Assembly (NCBI GenBank): GCA_009859145.1
Contig: VRVR01000035.1
Coordinates: 139,026-203,025 of the forward strand
Reading direction: 5' to 3'
Source: Andalucia godoyi And28
Taxonomy: Eukaryota > Protista > Jakobida
Length of the DNA: 64,000 bases
The notes beneath the pieces were generated by a model that searched no databases, had not been told where the DNA came from, and saw nothing but the letters and a program-made list of their open reading frames with translations. Positions 10,153-21,022 of this stretch are shown in pieces; position 1 is the first letter of the stretch; each line of letters begins with the position of its first letter. A program made the position numbers and the translations under genes.

Positions 10153-10962
10153 ATGAAGCTTCCCCTCCCCGTTTCTGTGGACTTCGGGGCACATTGTCTT
10201 GCCGACTCGGACCTTTTCTGTCGGCAGCGGGGTCGCGGGACATTGTCCTTCGAAAGCGCAGACGTCCAATGCGCAACTTTCACTCTCGCCGTGGAGTTTT
10301 TTGTCCCACTTCCGGATTCCGTGTCTCCGACGTTATTTGTCGAGTCATGCCAGACCGTTCTTGCAAAGCCAGTGAAACACCCCCACTCGTCGTCTTCGTC
10401 GTCATGGAGTGATTCTGAAACGGATTTGAGCAGTTCATCGAATGCCTTTGCCGATTCCTTGCATGAAAATGGCCTTTGGTCGCCTGTGGATGCCATCATG
10501 ATCCACAACATCAAGTGTCATCTTGTACCTGCGACATCGGATGGAGACGTTTCGACGGTATATCAATTTCGCTTCAGTGTTTCTCGTTTTGCACCCTTTT
10601 TTGCGACGGCCTTGTCGACAGAGGACATGGTCACACTTTATCGATTCAAGATTAGCGGTGACAAGTGTTGCTCCTGGTCTTCCCGAGATTTTTCATTTAT
10701 TCAAGAACTTTTTGGACCGATTTCTAATGTGCGTTCCGTGGATTTGGACTTGCAGCTTCCCAGTTGTTCTGTTTGTCTTGACACAGGTTCGACCTTAGTG
10801 CTATCGGCTCCGCAATCTCCCGCATTCCCGTCGTCAACTTATCAGAATGGTACCTCATTTAGCGTCTCGCCCCGTGTGGTTCTGAAACCCAGGCCACGTT
10901 ATGCCTTCCCGTCTCCTCGCCTCGTTGCGTTGTACTTTGGTGTTCGGAAATTGCCTCTGTAA
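10153..10962 (+). CDS. Hypothetical protein, 269 aa
   Basis: Open frame from ATG 10153 with coding-like composition, flanked by T-rich UTR-like sequence and divergent from p62. No family recognised. Confidence 0.6.
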   Translation: MKLPLPVSVDFGAHCLADSDLFCRQRGRGTLSFESADVQCATFTLAVEFFVPLPDSVSPTLFVESCQTVLAKPVKHPHSSSSSSWSDSETDLSSSSNAFADSLHENGLWSPVDAIMIHNIKCHLVPATSDGDVSTVYQFRFSVSRFAPFFATALSTEDMVTLYRFKISGDKCCSWSSRDFSFIQELFGPISNVRSVDLDLQLPSCSVCLDTGSTLVLSAPQSPAFPSSTYQNGTSFSVSPRVVLKPRPRYAFPSPRLVALYFGVRKLPL

Positions 10963-11330
10963 CGACTGTTACTCCAGGGTGTATGCTTTTCGTTGCTGTC
11001 CCTCTGCGAAATTTGTATCTGAACTTTTCCTCGTGCTTTTATTTGTTTATCTTCTTTTGTTTATTTTGTGTTGTCTGGAAATTTGTTTCGATCTGTGACT
11101 ACCTGCAGACAGTCAATCATGTCTCTGCTGTTGTTTCGGAATTCGTTTTTTCCGCGTGCTCACACTTGTGACTTGGTGCAGCATGTTTTCCGCATTGTCG
11201 GGCGTCGTGGTGTAATTTTCTTGTTTTGCTGTTTTGTTTTTGTTCTGTATTTGGTGTTGTATTATCGTTAAATGTGATTTCTGTTTCATTGATGGGCGTA
11301 CTCATTGTGTTTTGTACAAGGCGAGTCTTT

Positions 11331-12704
11331 TTACTTTAAATTCTGTACAGCAAAAGTCAAAAGATCGGAAGCTTGACGGTATAGTCCAACAAGCCAATCC
11401 ACAACGCTCGTTGGCCAAGTTGCGGAATAGAATATTCTAAACGGCGCTCCGAGAATCTTGCGAGACAGCTTCCCTTCTGGAAACAGCGCATCCATCGTCG
11501 ACTTGGCAGCTCGCCGAACCTCCACATCGGCACATAGGCCAGCGCCTGATATCCTAAGCGAGTACAGCGTTTTGTGCAGTCGAACTCGGGTTTCCTCTAA
11601 AAATGGAATCTTGCGAGTGTACGCCAATCCGCTCAAGTATCGAAGCAGCACGTTCTTGTTTCGAATATGATGCAACTGCAATAGAGATTCGCGCATAAAC
11701 AACTCCGAAGCGTTGACAATTTTCAAAGGAACATCGGACGGTGCAGCTACTGCACCCGAGTCTCCATCGCCAGCAGACGCCGAATCCTTGGAGTCATCGT
11801 CCGTCAAGACCGAGCCTACGGGAAAGATGGGAGAGGCGGAAATTGCACAAGACGTCTCGCTCTCAGAATCCAAAACCACCCCCACAGTATCGTCATCATC
11901 CTGCTGAAGAGCATCCACCATCGAGTCATCAAAGAAGGACTTTGTCTTTGAAAATTTGGGAACGCAATGCCCCTGTTCTTGCAATTCCGACGCATTCATG
12001 CAGGCAGCAGTGATGACTCGCTGTAGAGACTGCACAAAAGCATAGCACTTGTGAGATTCATCGTAGTAAAAGAAGAAGCGGCAAGTAAGGGCTGCAACAT
12101 CCGTCCTGCATGACCATGCCATTGTGCACATTCCTTGTTCCCCAATTTCAAAGCAAACCATTCTCAAGTAGCGATAAATGGGCTCAAACGTACGGCACTC
12201 CTTATCCAAATCTGCAAAAAAGAGCTTGCCCGCGCCGCGGAGCCAGACGTTGCAGCGCGAAGTCGACATGCCTTGGTTCAAGAAGCGATAGAATAAGAGA
12301 GCATAGAGAGGAGCGGAAAGACTATGGCCAAGAAGTACACGAAATAATTCCTGAACTTCATCTGCAAGCGAAAGACGCCCGGAATAATAATCAGCGAGAA
12401 TCTGATAGTAGAACACACCAGAAGACGTTTCGGTCTGAGTCTGTAACAATGAACGAGTCGACTTATTTGGTGGAGAAGCGTCGCGCAAAGAGGACACCGC
12501 TTCGAAATCGAGATGGGGTTCTGACTCCCGCATCTTCTGCAACACCGACAGTGACACTGGTGCACAAAGGGAAGATAGCAGGTCTTCCAATAGTCGCATC
12601 CGTTCAGAGCCCGACGATTCGCATGCCCTCTGCAAATCTCTCAGCACTTCTTTTGAAATATTTTCGGCAACGGCAATGGATCTATGATCATGTACCACGG
12701 ACAT
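11331..12704 (-). CDS. Conserved uncharacterised alpha-helical protein, 457 aa
   Basis: Long ORF. Blocks FYYQILADYY, LFFADL, RFFFYY and AAKSTMDALFPEGKLSRKILGAPFRIFY resemble, from memory, an uncharacterised plant/protist family. ATG at 12704. Confidence 0.75.
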   Translation of the reverse strand: MSVVHDHRSIAVAENISKEVLRDLQRACESSGSERMRLLEDLLSSLCAPVSLSVLQKMRESEPHLDFEAVSSLRDASPPNKSTRSLLQTQTETSSGVFYYQILADYYSGRLSLADEVQELFRVLLGHSLSAPLYALLFYRFLNQGMSTSRCNVWLRGAGKLFFADLDKECRTFEPIYRYLRMVCFEIGEQGMCTMAWSCRTDVAALTCRFFFYYDESHKCYAFVQSLQRVITAACMNASELQEQGHCVPKFSKTKSFFDDSMVDALQQDDDDTVGVVLDSESETSCAISASPIFPVGSVLTDDDSKDSASAGDGDSGAVAAPSDVPLKIVNASELFMRESLLQLHHIRNKNVLLRYLSGLAYTRKIPFLEETRVRLHKTLYSLRISGAGLCADVEVRRAAKSTMDALFPEGKLSRKILGAPFRIFYSATWPTSVVDWLVGLYRQASDLLTFAVQNLK

Positions 12705-13097
12705 TGCAGAAAAAGTAGCAAATGCACGCAACAACAACGGTTGACTTCAAACTTCAATATGCACACTCAAGATCGCGAAGCACCAATACAAAGGAACAGA
12801 ACGCACATCACTGCGCAGTGTGTTGGAGATGCTGACAAAAAATTGAAATGCTGAAAACCTTTTCCCCCGCTCTCCGTTTCTCCGTTTCCTCAACAAGTCG
12901 AGTTTCGTCGAGTCTGCCTGTCTGTGATTACTTGACACGGTACCAATGCAGTCCCCGTCCCTACTCGGTGTTTGTGGACCCGTTCCAAACCAATGCTCAG
13001 CTTCGCTTTGCTTTGCTTCGCGTTGCTTTGCTTTGCTTTTGAATTCCCTTCTTGATATGTACATTGCACTGACTCCAGTACTTGTTTATTATTGCGC

Positions 13098-16000
13098 ATG
13101 AAGCTAATTGCAATATCAAAGGTATTGCCAAGTGGTCCGAGTTACAATGCAAAGCTCTCAACGTATGTCATCGCAATGATGCACACACCTCACGCTGCTC
13201 AACGTGCTGCATTCTGTCCATCCATACGTCCAATGCTGAACTAACCCCTCTCTTTCCCACTCCATTGGTCCGCCCTGATCCCAGAAAACCTCTTTGTTGT
13301 TCATGGAACAACATGATTGCAGTTGCCACAACCGACGATTTTCCTATGCTGTATGTTTTGAACTGGGAGGTTCTTTCTGTTCCGTTTTTTCTCGGCTATT
13401 CCTGTTACATTTTATTGTTGTTGCTGTTTGTTACGATGTACTGATTTTCTGTTTTGCGTTGCTGCGTTTCTGTTCTGTGTTTTCCATTCGCTCAGATCCA
13501 CGGGACGAAATGTCATCCACATAATCGATTCGAATCTTCCGACCTCTGCGTTTTCATTTGCAACAGGTATGTTTTCGGCATTTTATTGATGCGTGTTTTT
13601 TTGTTTTGTTTTGTTTGTTGACTGTTATTTCATTCCGTGCGAGTTCGTGAGCTGATCGTTTTCCCTTTCTTAAAATGGATTTATTGTGCGCAGAGCATGC
13701 ATCGGCCATTCAATTCTTGGATTTTTCGCGAGCGGCAGAGGGAACCATGCTGGTCGCTGCAGATGATTCAGGCTACATTTCTGTGCACTCGTCACGAGGT
13801 CGTGCCATCAACCAGTATGAGTCCGTTTTCAGTGACCAATTGTCGGGAAAGTTGGAGCTTGTGAAGTGGATTTCGTACTCCAACACTCTAGTGTTTAGCA
13901 CAGATGACGCAAAAGTGAGCGACATTGTCAAAGTGAATGACAAGATCAGATTCTCAAACTTCCATTCCCACCAGTTTTTGCAGGGGACTCCGGTCCTTGT
14001 TGCGGTGGAGTCATCCAGTGCAGCGCATATTTACTATTTTGATGTTCCGGATGAGGCTCCATGCAGGATCGACTTCAATTTGCCTGTTTCCGGTGTCGAG
14101 TCCGTGGACGTTGCTGTACGAGCAAGTGGCAAGATCTCAATGATTATTTTGGAAAGTGTGCACGCATCTCATCTTCTGATTGTCGACATCTCCGTGAATG
14201 TCTGTTCAGAAGCGTGCGTGTGCACCGTCGATTCGTATATTCCCCTGCAACCGTCCGTTTCCATGTCTTCGCAACTGCTTAGTGTATTTTACACGCCAGT
14301 GTCTCAGGGATTGCAAGCATTCTTGTTGACGCGCGAGGCATCTGAAAACGTCTCCTTGCTGTCTGTTGGTGCGAGTCTGCCACCGCAAAACGTCGGAGCT
14401 TCTGAAGGTGATGTTTTCTTGACTCTTGGTTGTTCTTCTTGGAAACCTTTAGAAAAGTTCGAGTTCGCTCCTGAAAAGATCGTTCCTTTTCCCGCAGGGT
14501 CTTTGAATCTCCCATCCTTCATTTCTCGCGAATCTCTGCTCGACGATGCGCATTCTTCGGAAGGGCATCGAATACTGTCTCTTGAAACATTGACGTGCTA
14601 TTGCATTTCGTCGGATTGTCGGTTCCTGGCTTTTGGATACAGCGATGGGCTTGTCTTACTCTGCGATGGGGCGAGATTACATGTTGTTGATAGTTTTCGT
14701 TTCTCCGTTGCGAAACATTCTGTGGGTAACGGCTCCGGCTTGGTGGAGTCCGCAAGTGGCGACGACTGGATCGATTCCATTTGTGCTGATCCTGACGAGT
14801 CTTCATTGTCGGTTGTCGGTCTGTCTTTTTCTCCGTCTTGTTTGCTGTTGTATGTGTTCCTTTCTGATGGTCGTTTAGCAATCATCGATGTCATCCAAGA
14901 TATCCTTTTGGAGCTGTCGAAACCGGCAGTGTCGCAGCTTTTTGCAGACTACATTTTCCCATGTTTCTATCTGGGCAATGATATGTTCGACGTAATCTTG
15001 CCACTCCGTTTTACCATTGAAAGCAAATTTACGGACTTGCAAGACAAGAATGATTTTGCGCGGACTGTCCATCAGGTTGCGGCAAGTGCATCCAAAGCGG
15101 ATCCGAAAGGTTTTGATGGTTCCAAGATGAAGCCTTTTGAACGCTTTATCCATTTCAGCTCGGATCCGACTGCATGGTCGTTTTTTGGACACGATGTTCA
15201 AATTATCTTTTCAACCATCAATGATTTGTGCCGTCGAACCTTTGGACCTCTGTTCAAATTCATCCACGACGACTATTTGAGTTTTACAAAATGGAAAAAG
15301 TACACTGAAGAATCATTTCGACTGGACATTACCGGTCTTCGTGACAAGTATTCCATGCATCACTTCGTTTCCTTGGTTCTTGGATTTTGCCGTCTTGCAA
15401 AAGAGTATGGCAAGAAAGGAATCAATATTCTGATGAAGGATTCTGATCTGCTCATGCTGTGGCCACTTGTTCGATGGTTCTACATGTATTGTCGCTATGC
15501 ATCTTTGGCCGTCCGTTCTGTGGCGTCGAGGATACGAAAGGGTGAAAGGGATCGCATCGCGAGCTTCCATCTCGAGTATCCCGGGCTGGATTTCCTGCTT
15601 CGGTCGGGAACAAACGCAATTCACGTCAAGCAGTCCTTTGAGATTTGCGCTACTGTAATGTGCATCTTGTTTTCTGTTTCTCGAGTTCGACGCATAATGT
15701 TCAAGGTCATCCTCGAGAGTGCAGACGACAAGGTGAAGGAGGAAATCGCCGAAGCCATTCGGCTGTTTGACTCGGATCTTTTCAAAGAAAATGCGAATGT
15801 TGGATACCGCGTCTACGCTTCGTATGAAGATCTGGAAATCGCAGAGTTCTTTTCGTTGTTCTTGTGTGCCGCGATGAAAAACGTTGATCCTACCTCGCAA
15901 AGATCTTTGGATCCCAACGATCCCAACTCCAAGCTGTCTGTTGTGAGTCAGTTCTATTTATTCAATCCGGCTTCCTTCCCGTTGCGATCGAAGGCGTTTT

Positions 16001-16383
16001 CACCGGATTGCGACCCTTCTCTGGACGTTTTTGACATGTCCAAGGCAGCGATGGCGTGCCGCAAGTTTTTCGACAGCCTTAATTTGCGAATCAACTTTCG
16101 TGATTCGCTCTTGGCTTCCTGCTTTCCAGAGGCAACGTCGAGCTCTGGTGTCGCAAATGACATTCTTCCCTCGTCACTCTTGCCGCCCGCCGAGCAGTTC
16201 GACTGTTTCACAGACTCGGTATTTTCTCTGATGTCGGCACACAGGAAATGCTCCCGGTGTCTCCGACTCTCGTCCATCAGACTCGCCACTTCAGGCGGCT
16301 GGTGGTATTTCCACGAACTGCAAACAGCCTGTGTGTTTTGCCACGGAGCATTGTTGTACATTCCCAGCAAAGAATCAAATTGA
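13098..16383 (+). CDS. MED16: Mediator subunit 16 (Sin4), 4 exons, 963 aa
   Basis: Exons 13098-13162, 13285-13350, 13496-13566 and 13694-16383 join in frame via three GTATGT..CAG introns. The spliced N-terminus (KPLCCSWNNMIAVA, IHIIDSNLP, EHASAIQFLDF) matches the MED16 WD40 start, and the C-terminus has the zinc ribbon RKCSRC...CVFCHG. Confidence 0.8.
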
Positions 16384-16531
16384 TGATTATGTCAAATTGG
16401 AGTGTTTTGCTGCCCCAGTACTGTTGCGATGGGTAGAACAAAAGAAGAAAGCAAATAATAATAATAATAATAATAAATAAATAAATAAACAAACAAAAAT
16501 CATAAGAGACTACTGGCAAGAATGCACTCTC

Positions 16532-16564
<33 letters not shown>

Positions 16565-16810
16565 TTATAACCGCAAAACCAAAAACCAACTACTCTTCAA
16601 CCCGGACGGCAACGAATCTGGATCCACAGAGAACAAAACAACTGAAAAATTAACCAACTATCAGGATCAAAATCAAAAAAAAAAAAAAAAGAAGAAAGAA
16701 ACCTGTTCCTGCTTGTCTTCCTCATCGTCATGATCAAGAACAACTACCATTACTGCATCAGCAAGTACCACTTAACCAACCCTACAAAAAGGACACAGGC
16801 GCACCAATCA

Positions 16811-18100
16811 CTATACGGAAGGGCCGAACAAGAAAGGCGCATGCGTCTTGATCGGACTTCGTCGGATATTGTCCGAGATGGGCGGCGTTCCATAAATGGT
16901 TTCGCCTGGTCTGTCAGACCGTTCAGTGGACCGGTTTGGGGCAGCTCCTGCCAAGGTACGAGCTCCTGGAACAGTTGAGGGGCCTCTTCGAACGTGCACA
17001 GGAGGCGAGGCTGCGGCTGCATTTGGAGTGCCATTGGGGACATGGGTGTTCATCGTTGCGGATCCATTCGAAAGAAAGAACAGCACAGGATCGATTTTCA
17101 GCTCCGCTTCTGGCTTCGTATATGGTTTTCGGGACGGTGACATGTTCATTGTGTCCATATCACCGTCGATCTCTGCGGGGTCAAACAACAGTGGTGAGAA
17201 TTTGTGAAATGAGCTTCCCGGTCTCGAATCCGGAGAGTTCCCAGCAGAGCAAATGGATCCTGAAGACGGGCGACCCGGAATACGGTAGGATGGCCCATAT
17301 GCGACATGGGGCAACTGAGGCTGAGCAGCTCTGGAATTTTCCAAGATGGCAGACACATGGAGTTCCTGCTCGGACCGATGGACCAGAGGTTCTTTTGTGC
17401 CGCTGGACGGTGGTGAAGAATATGACCCGATTGGCGAAGCCTGGTCCGGAGAGCGGGTCGACAGTGATGAAAACGACGTCGAGTTCGGGTTTGGCAAAAG
17501 AAATGATCCGTCCGGAAACATTGTTTCAGATGCAGAAACAGACAAGTTGGATCGACTTCCAAGCACTCTTCTGTTGTGAAGATGCGTCGGTGTTGCGGGT
17601 TTTGCGGAAGAGGGTGACGATCCCGCCGACGACGGCACTGGGTTGCCGCCCGCCGTCGAGGCCCTCCACTGTCGCGCAGGAGATCCCGCTTCCTGGTGAA
17701 GCACTGTTGACGATGAGCGCCGGGGTGACGACGACTCCGATGCGCCGCCATCCCGTGATGCAAGCGTTGAAGAGGAAGCTGGCCGAATGCGGTTTACACG
17801 TGTCGACGCATGGGGAGAATCCAACGGCGAGTGATGCTGCACTTGATGATGCTGCGTCGCAGAATGGGCCGTGTCGATCGATGACGACGTGGTCGCTCGC
17901 CGGCTCTTGCGCAGCGATGAACTGAGTGATGCATAGTCTGAGGCGGGAGACTGTGGAGGTGAAGACGAGTGGGACTGGAAAGATGGCGACAGCGACGATC
18001 CACGTTCCCGGACTCGGCGTCCTCCACCACCAACGCTGCCGCCAGCGCTCGGGCTATTGGAGGACGGATCGTCATGAAAGTAGAAGAATCCACCCGACAT
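16811..18100 (-). CDS. Ser/Pro-rich disordered hypothetical protein, 429 aa
   Basis: Long low-complexity ORF from ATG 18100 (MSGGFFYFHDD). The opposite-strand ORFs look like shadows. Confidence 0.65.
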   Translation of the reverse strand: MSGGFFYFHDDPSSNSPSAGGSVGGGGRRVRERGSSLSPSFQSHSSSPPQSPASDYASLSSSLRKSRRATTSSSIDTAHSATQHHQVQHHSPLDSPHASTRVNRIRPASSSTLASRDGGASESSSPRRSSSTVLHQEAGSPARQWRASTAGGNPVPSSAGSSPSSAKPATPTHLHNRRVLGSRSNLSVSASETMFPDGSFLLPNPNSTSFSSLSTRSPDQASPIGSYSSPPSSGTKEPLVHRSEQELHVSAILENSRAAQPQLPHVAYGPSYRIPGRPSSGSICSAGNSPDSRPGSSFHKFSPLLFDPAEIDGDMDTMNMSPSRKPYTKPEAELKIDPVLFFLSNGSATMNTHVPNGTPNAAAASPPVHVRRGPSTVPGARTLAGAAPNRSTERSDRPGETIYGTPPISDNIRRSPIKTHAPFLFGPSV

Positions 18101-18525
18101 TTGTTTTGCGCTCGTCCTCTCTTTTTTCCTTCTGCAAAATAATAATCCAAACAAACAAGGCTTCAATCGCAAAAAAGAACGAATCTGCCAGTGGCTACGG
18201 AATCCAGGAATAGAGAAGGTTTCGTTAAAGACAATGTGAGACTTTTTTTTTTCTCTGTGACGTTCTGTATTCTAAAGTTTTTCTGAGAACTCCTTTTGTT
18301 TTGGTCGTTGGAACGATCCTTTTTGCAAAGGGAAGGGATCGAGTCCGATCGGGAGGGGCGTTTGCATGGGCACAATGTACAGCAGGCAGACGAGAGAAGT
18401 GGAGAAACGGAAAAGGAAAAACGAAAAACGGAGAAAAAAAAGCTTCAAGGTCAAAGGACCGTAGTGCTGCTCATTTGGATGAGAGAAGCAGAGAGGCGAG
18501 GCTTAATGAATTTTGTTACCGCCCC

Positions 18526-18619
18526 AACCCTAGGGTTCGGAAACCTCCAATTTGTTCAATTGCCATCATTTTTATTGAAAAGGAGGTGGCTTTCTTCTCG
18601 TGCTGCAGACCTAACCCTA
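18526..18619. promoter_or_regulatory. Telo-box-like motifs upstream of RPLP1
   Basis: Palindrome AACCCTAGGGTT at 18526-18537 and CTAACCCTA at 18611-18619, 180-275 bp upstream of the RPLP1 ATG. Confidence 0.35.
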
Positions 18620-18800
18620 CTTGTCATAAGCGCTTTGTTGGACGGCGTCGATTTCCCTCTCTCTGTGTGTCTCTCTCTTCTCGTTGTCTTTTCCTCTTCT
18701 CTTCTTTTCCTCTTCTCTTCTCTTCTCTTCTCTCTCCTTGTAGTTCGCCGCCCCCAGCAAATCTGTCCCTGTCTTTTCCTGGTTAAATTTGGTACGAATC

Positions 18801-19136
18801 ATGTCGAACGCCGAGCTTGCTTGCACTTATGCCGTTCTTGCCCTCCATGACGATGGAATTGCAATCACTGCCGACAAGATCAAGTCGCTTTTGGATGCAG
18901 CCGGTGTCAAGTATGATGCCTTCTGGCCCAAGATGTTCGCCCGCTTCTGCGAGGGTCGCAACATCAACGACCTTTTGACCGTTCAGGCCGCCCCTGCTGC
19001 CGCCGCCGCTGCCCCTGCCGCCGCTGCTGCTGCCGCCCCTGCCGCTGCCGCCGGAAAGGACGACAAGAAAGGAAAGAAGGAGGAGAAGAAGGAGGAAGAA
19101 GAAGATGGTGATATGGGATTCGGTCTCTTTGACTAA
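18801..19136 (+). CDS. RPLP1: 60S acidic ribosomal protein P1
   Basis: [23 protein letters not shown], an Ala/Pro hinge and the C-terminal [14 protein letters not shown]. Confidence 0.97.
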   Translation: MSNAELACTYAVLALHDDGIAITADKIKSLLDAAGVKYDAFWPKMFARFCEGRNINDLLTVQAAPAAAAAAPAAAAAAAPAAAAGKDDKKGKKEEKKEEEEDGDMGFGLFD

Positions 19137-19432
19137 ATCGTTCTCTATTCCAATTCGGGATCGTGATGATGCTTTTAAAAGAAGAAAAACGTGTGTGCTA
19201 CAGCGAACCATTGGTGATGTCACAGGATTCGGAATTCCAGTCGGTACTTTGTGTGTCTCTTGTTTCTAGTTTTGTGAAATTATCATGATTCATATATGTA
19301 TATTTTTCGTTTCCTTTTCTCTGACATCTTTCTTTTCCCACGCTCACATCCGCCGGTCGCTCGAAAAGATGTCGTCTCTACGACCCGCAGGTTACACAGT
19401 ACGCAGTTCGACAACACGCACGACACGCACAA

Positions 19433-21022
19433 TCACAACGATTTCCCGCCAGTCTCGGCTCCCTTTGCGGAGGCACCAGTGCGCTGTGGATGCGCGCCTT
19501 TATTGTCTGGCGCATCTCCTCCATTGGCATTGGGACCACCGTACGTTCGCGCTCCCCCAATGACAGCGAAGGGCGCCTGGGTTCGCTTCTGCACAGACTC
19601 GAGCAGCGCCATGGACGCCGGCTCTGCGTGCGATCCAGACTTTTCACGGAGTTCCTTCTGGTGCTGCACAAGACGTTTTTCCTGTTTGTTGCGCGACATT
19701 TTCCCGCCATGAAACGCCCGACTATGGATCTTGTAGGCTTCCTTGAGCGACACGGGACGACCAAACTCGTCATGATACGTGAGGACAACATCGTCACGAC
19801 TGTCCAAGTTGCCATGCCCTTGAGTTCCAAATGCCGTTGTGGGTGCCGTGGACTGCAACTCGCCGGTCTCTCGCAAATACGAGAGGATGGACGCCGTGCC
19901 TCGTTCGCCAGACGCCAACTGTTCTCTTTCAAGCTCTGTGGCTCGCGGGAAAAGAACTCCGGCGGTTGTTTCTCTGTGTTCTTCAAGGGTGTGTGATCGC
20001 TCAGCGGGACTGTCAAGTGCTGTCTCGACGCTATCTTCTACTAATTCAACTTGTTGGCGATGATCTTGAGATTTGGATTGGTGTTGCAGCTTGGACTCGA
20101 GAAGTCGAAAGTGCTCGTCAACCGTGTCGATCACGATGGTCTGCTGGGGCGATCCATAGATATGCTCGCCTCGATCATGGCCACCCTCGCGAATGGCGGT
20201 TTCCGTCTTGTTCAGCACAGAATGACGGGCCGCATACGACGGATCAAGAACACGGCGACTCTCGTCATCGAGCTGCTTGCGTCGTTCAAAAATACGCCTG
20301 TGGTCCTCTTCCTGACGCTTCCAAATCTGCATGGCCTCCGAATCCCCTCCACCACGAACAGCACTCTCGGCGCTGCGATTGTTTCCCATAATGGTACTAC
20401 CACCATTCCTGCCCGGCATCGACCTCGTCACAAAATGACGATCATCAACATTCCCACGATCATCGTCGACGACCGTGGACAGCGTCGATCGAGCAAGAGC
20501 CATTTTCGGCCGCCTTTTCAACTCCGCGCTCGGCGGCGGCAGTACAGCAAATGACGATGGAGCAGAGGCCAATTTTTTTGCAGCAGAGAATGATGACGAG
20601 GTTGGAACGGTCGGCACAGGAACTTCATCGTCATTTCCCAAGGAGTACACAGTAAACGCACCGCGGTTTTCATACCGACGCATCATTTCAGCAAGACGCT
20701 TGCGCTTGCGCTGAGGATCATTGATTGCAAAACTGTTTCGCTCCTGCGCTGGCTCACGATCCCGGTCTTGGTCTAGGTCGCCGCCATTCTCCATGTCGTG
20801 GTCATCGTCGGCCATTCGTTTTCGAGACTGAGATTTTCGCTTTTCCGCCTGCGCAATCTCGCTGTTTTCCAAGAAAATTGCATCGTCTGGTTGCACATCC
20901 AAAACGTGAGTGTCGGCAAGATGAAGCTCCACAGTGCTGCCCGGGACTATGCTGTCAAACCGATGCGCCACTCGGATATTCGGCTCATCACCTCGTGGAT
21001 GCTGTTTCGCAGATGGATCCAT
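19433..21022 (-). CDS. SART1: U4/U6.U5 tri-snRNP protein SART-1/Snu66, 529 aa
   Basis: Conserved C-terminal block LTYHDEFGRPVSLKEAYKIHSRAFHGGKMSRNKQEKRL and N-proximal RVAHRFDSI...LHLADTHVLD...FLENSEI. Confidence 0.85.
   Translation of the reverse strand: MDPSAKQHPRGDEPNIRVAHRFDSIVPGSTVELHLADTHVLDVQPDDAIFLENSEIAQAEKRKSQSRKRMADDDHDMENGGDLDQDRDREPAQERNSFAINDPQRKRKRLAEMMRRYENRGAFTVYSLGNDDEVPVPTVPTSSSFSAAKKLASAPSSFAVLPPPSAELKRRPKMALARSTLSTVVDDDRGNVDDRHFVTRSMPGRNGGSTIMGNNRSAESAVRGGGDSEAMQIWKRQEEDHRRIFERRKQLDDESRRVLDPSYAARHSVLNKTETAIREGGHDRGEHIYGSPQQTIVIDTVDEHFRLLESKLQHQSKSQDHRQQVELVEDSVETALDSPAERSHTLEEHRETTAGVLFPRATELEREQLASGERGTASILSYLRETGELQSTAPTTAFGTQGHGNLDSRDDVVLTYHDEFGRPVSLKEAYKIHSRAFHGGKMSRNKQEKRLVQHQKELREKSGSHAEPASMALLESVQKRTQAPFAVIGGARTYGGPNANGGDAPDNKGAHPQRTGASAKGAETGGKSL

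Noticed and set aside
16936-17925. 329-aa plus-strand ORF opposite the Ser-rich gene; similar cases at 45828-46625 and 58321-58983
   Set aside because: Shadow ORFs of low-complexity coding sequence or trinucleotide repeats.
18610-18619. CCTAACCCTA as a telomerase RNA template
   Set aside because: A 10-nt match to some phase of the repeat is expected about 0.7 times per window by chance, and I could not support any pseudoknot or other TR structure.
18652-18743. Long pyrimidine tract ending in TAG before RPLP1 (5' TOP or trans-splice acceptor)
   Set aside because: No upstream GTAYGT donor, and pyrimidine-rich leaders precede many genes here, so it is not distinctive without TSS data.
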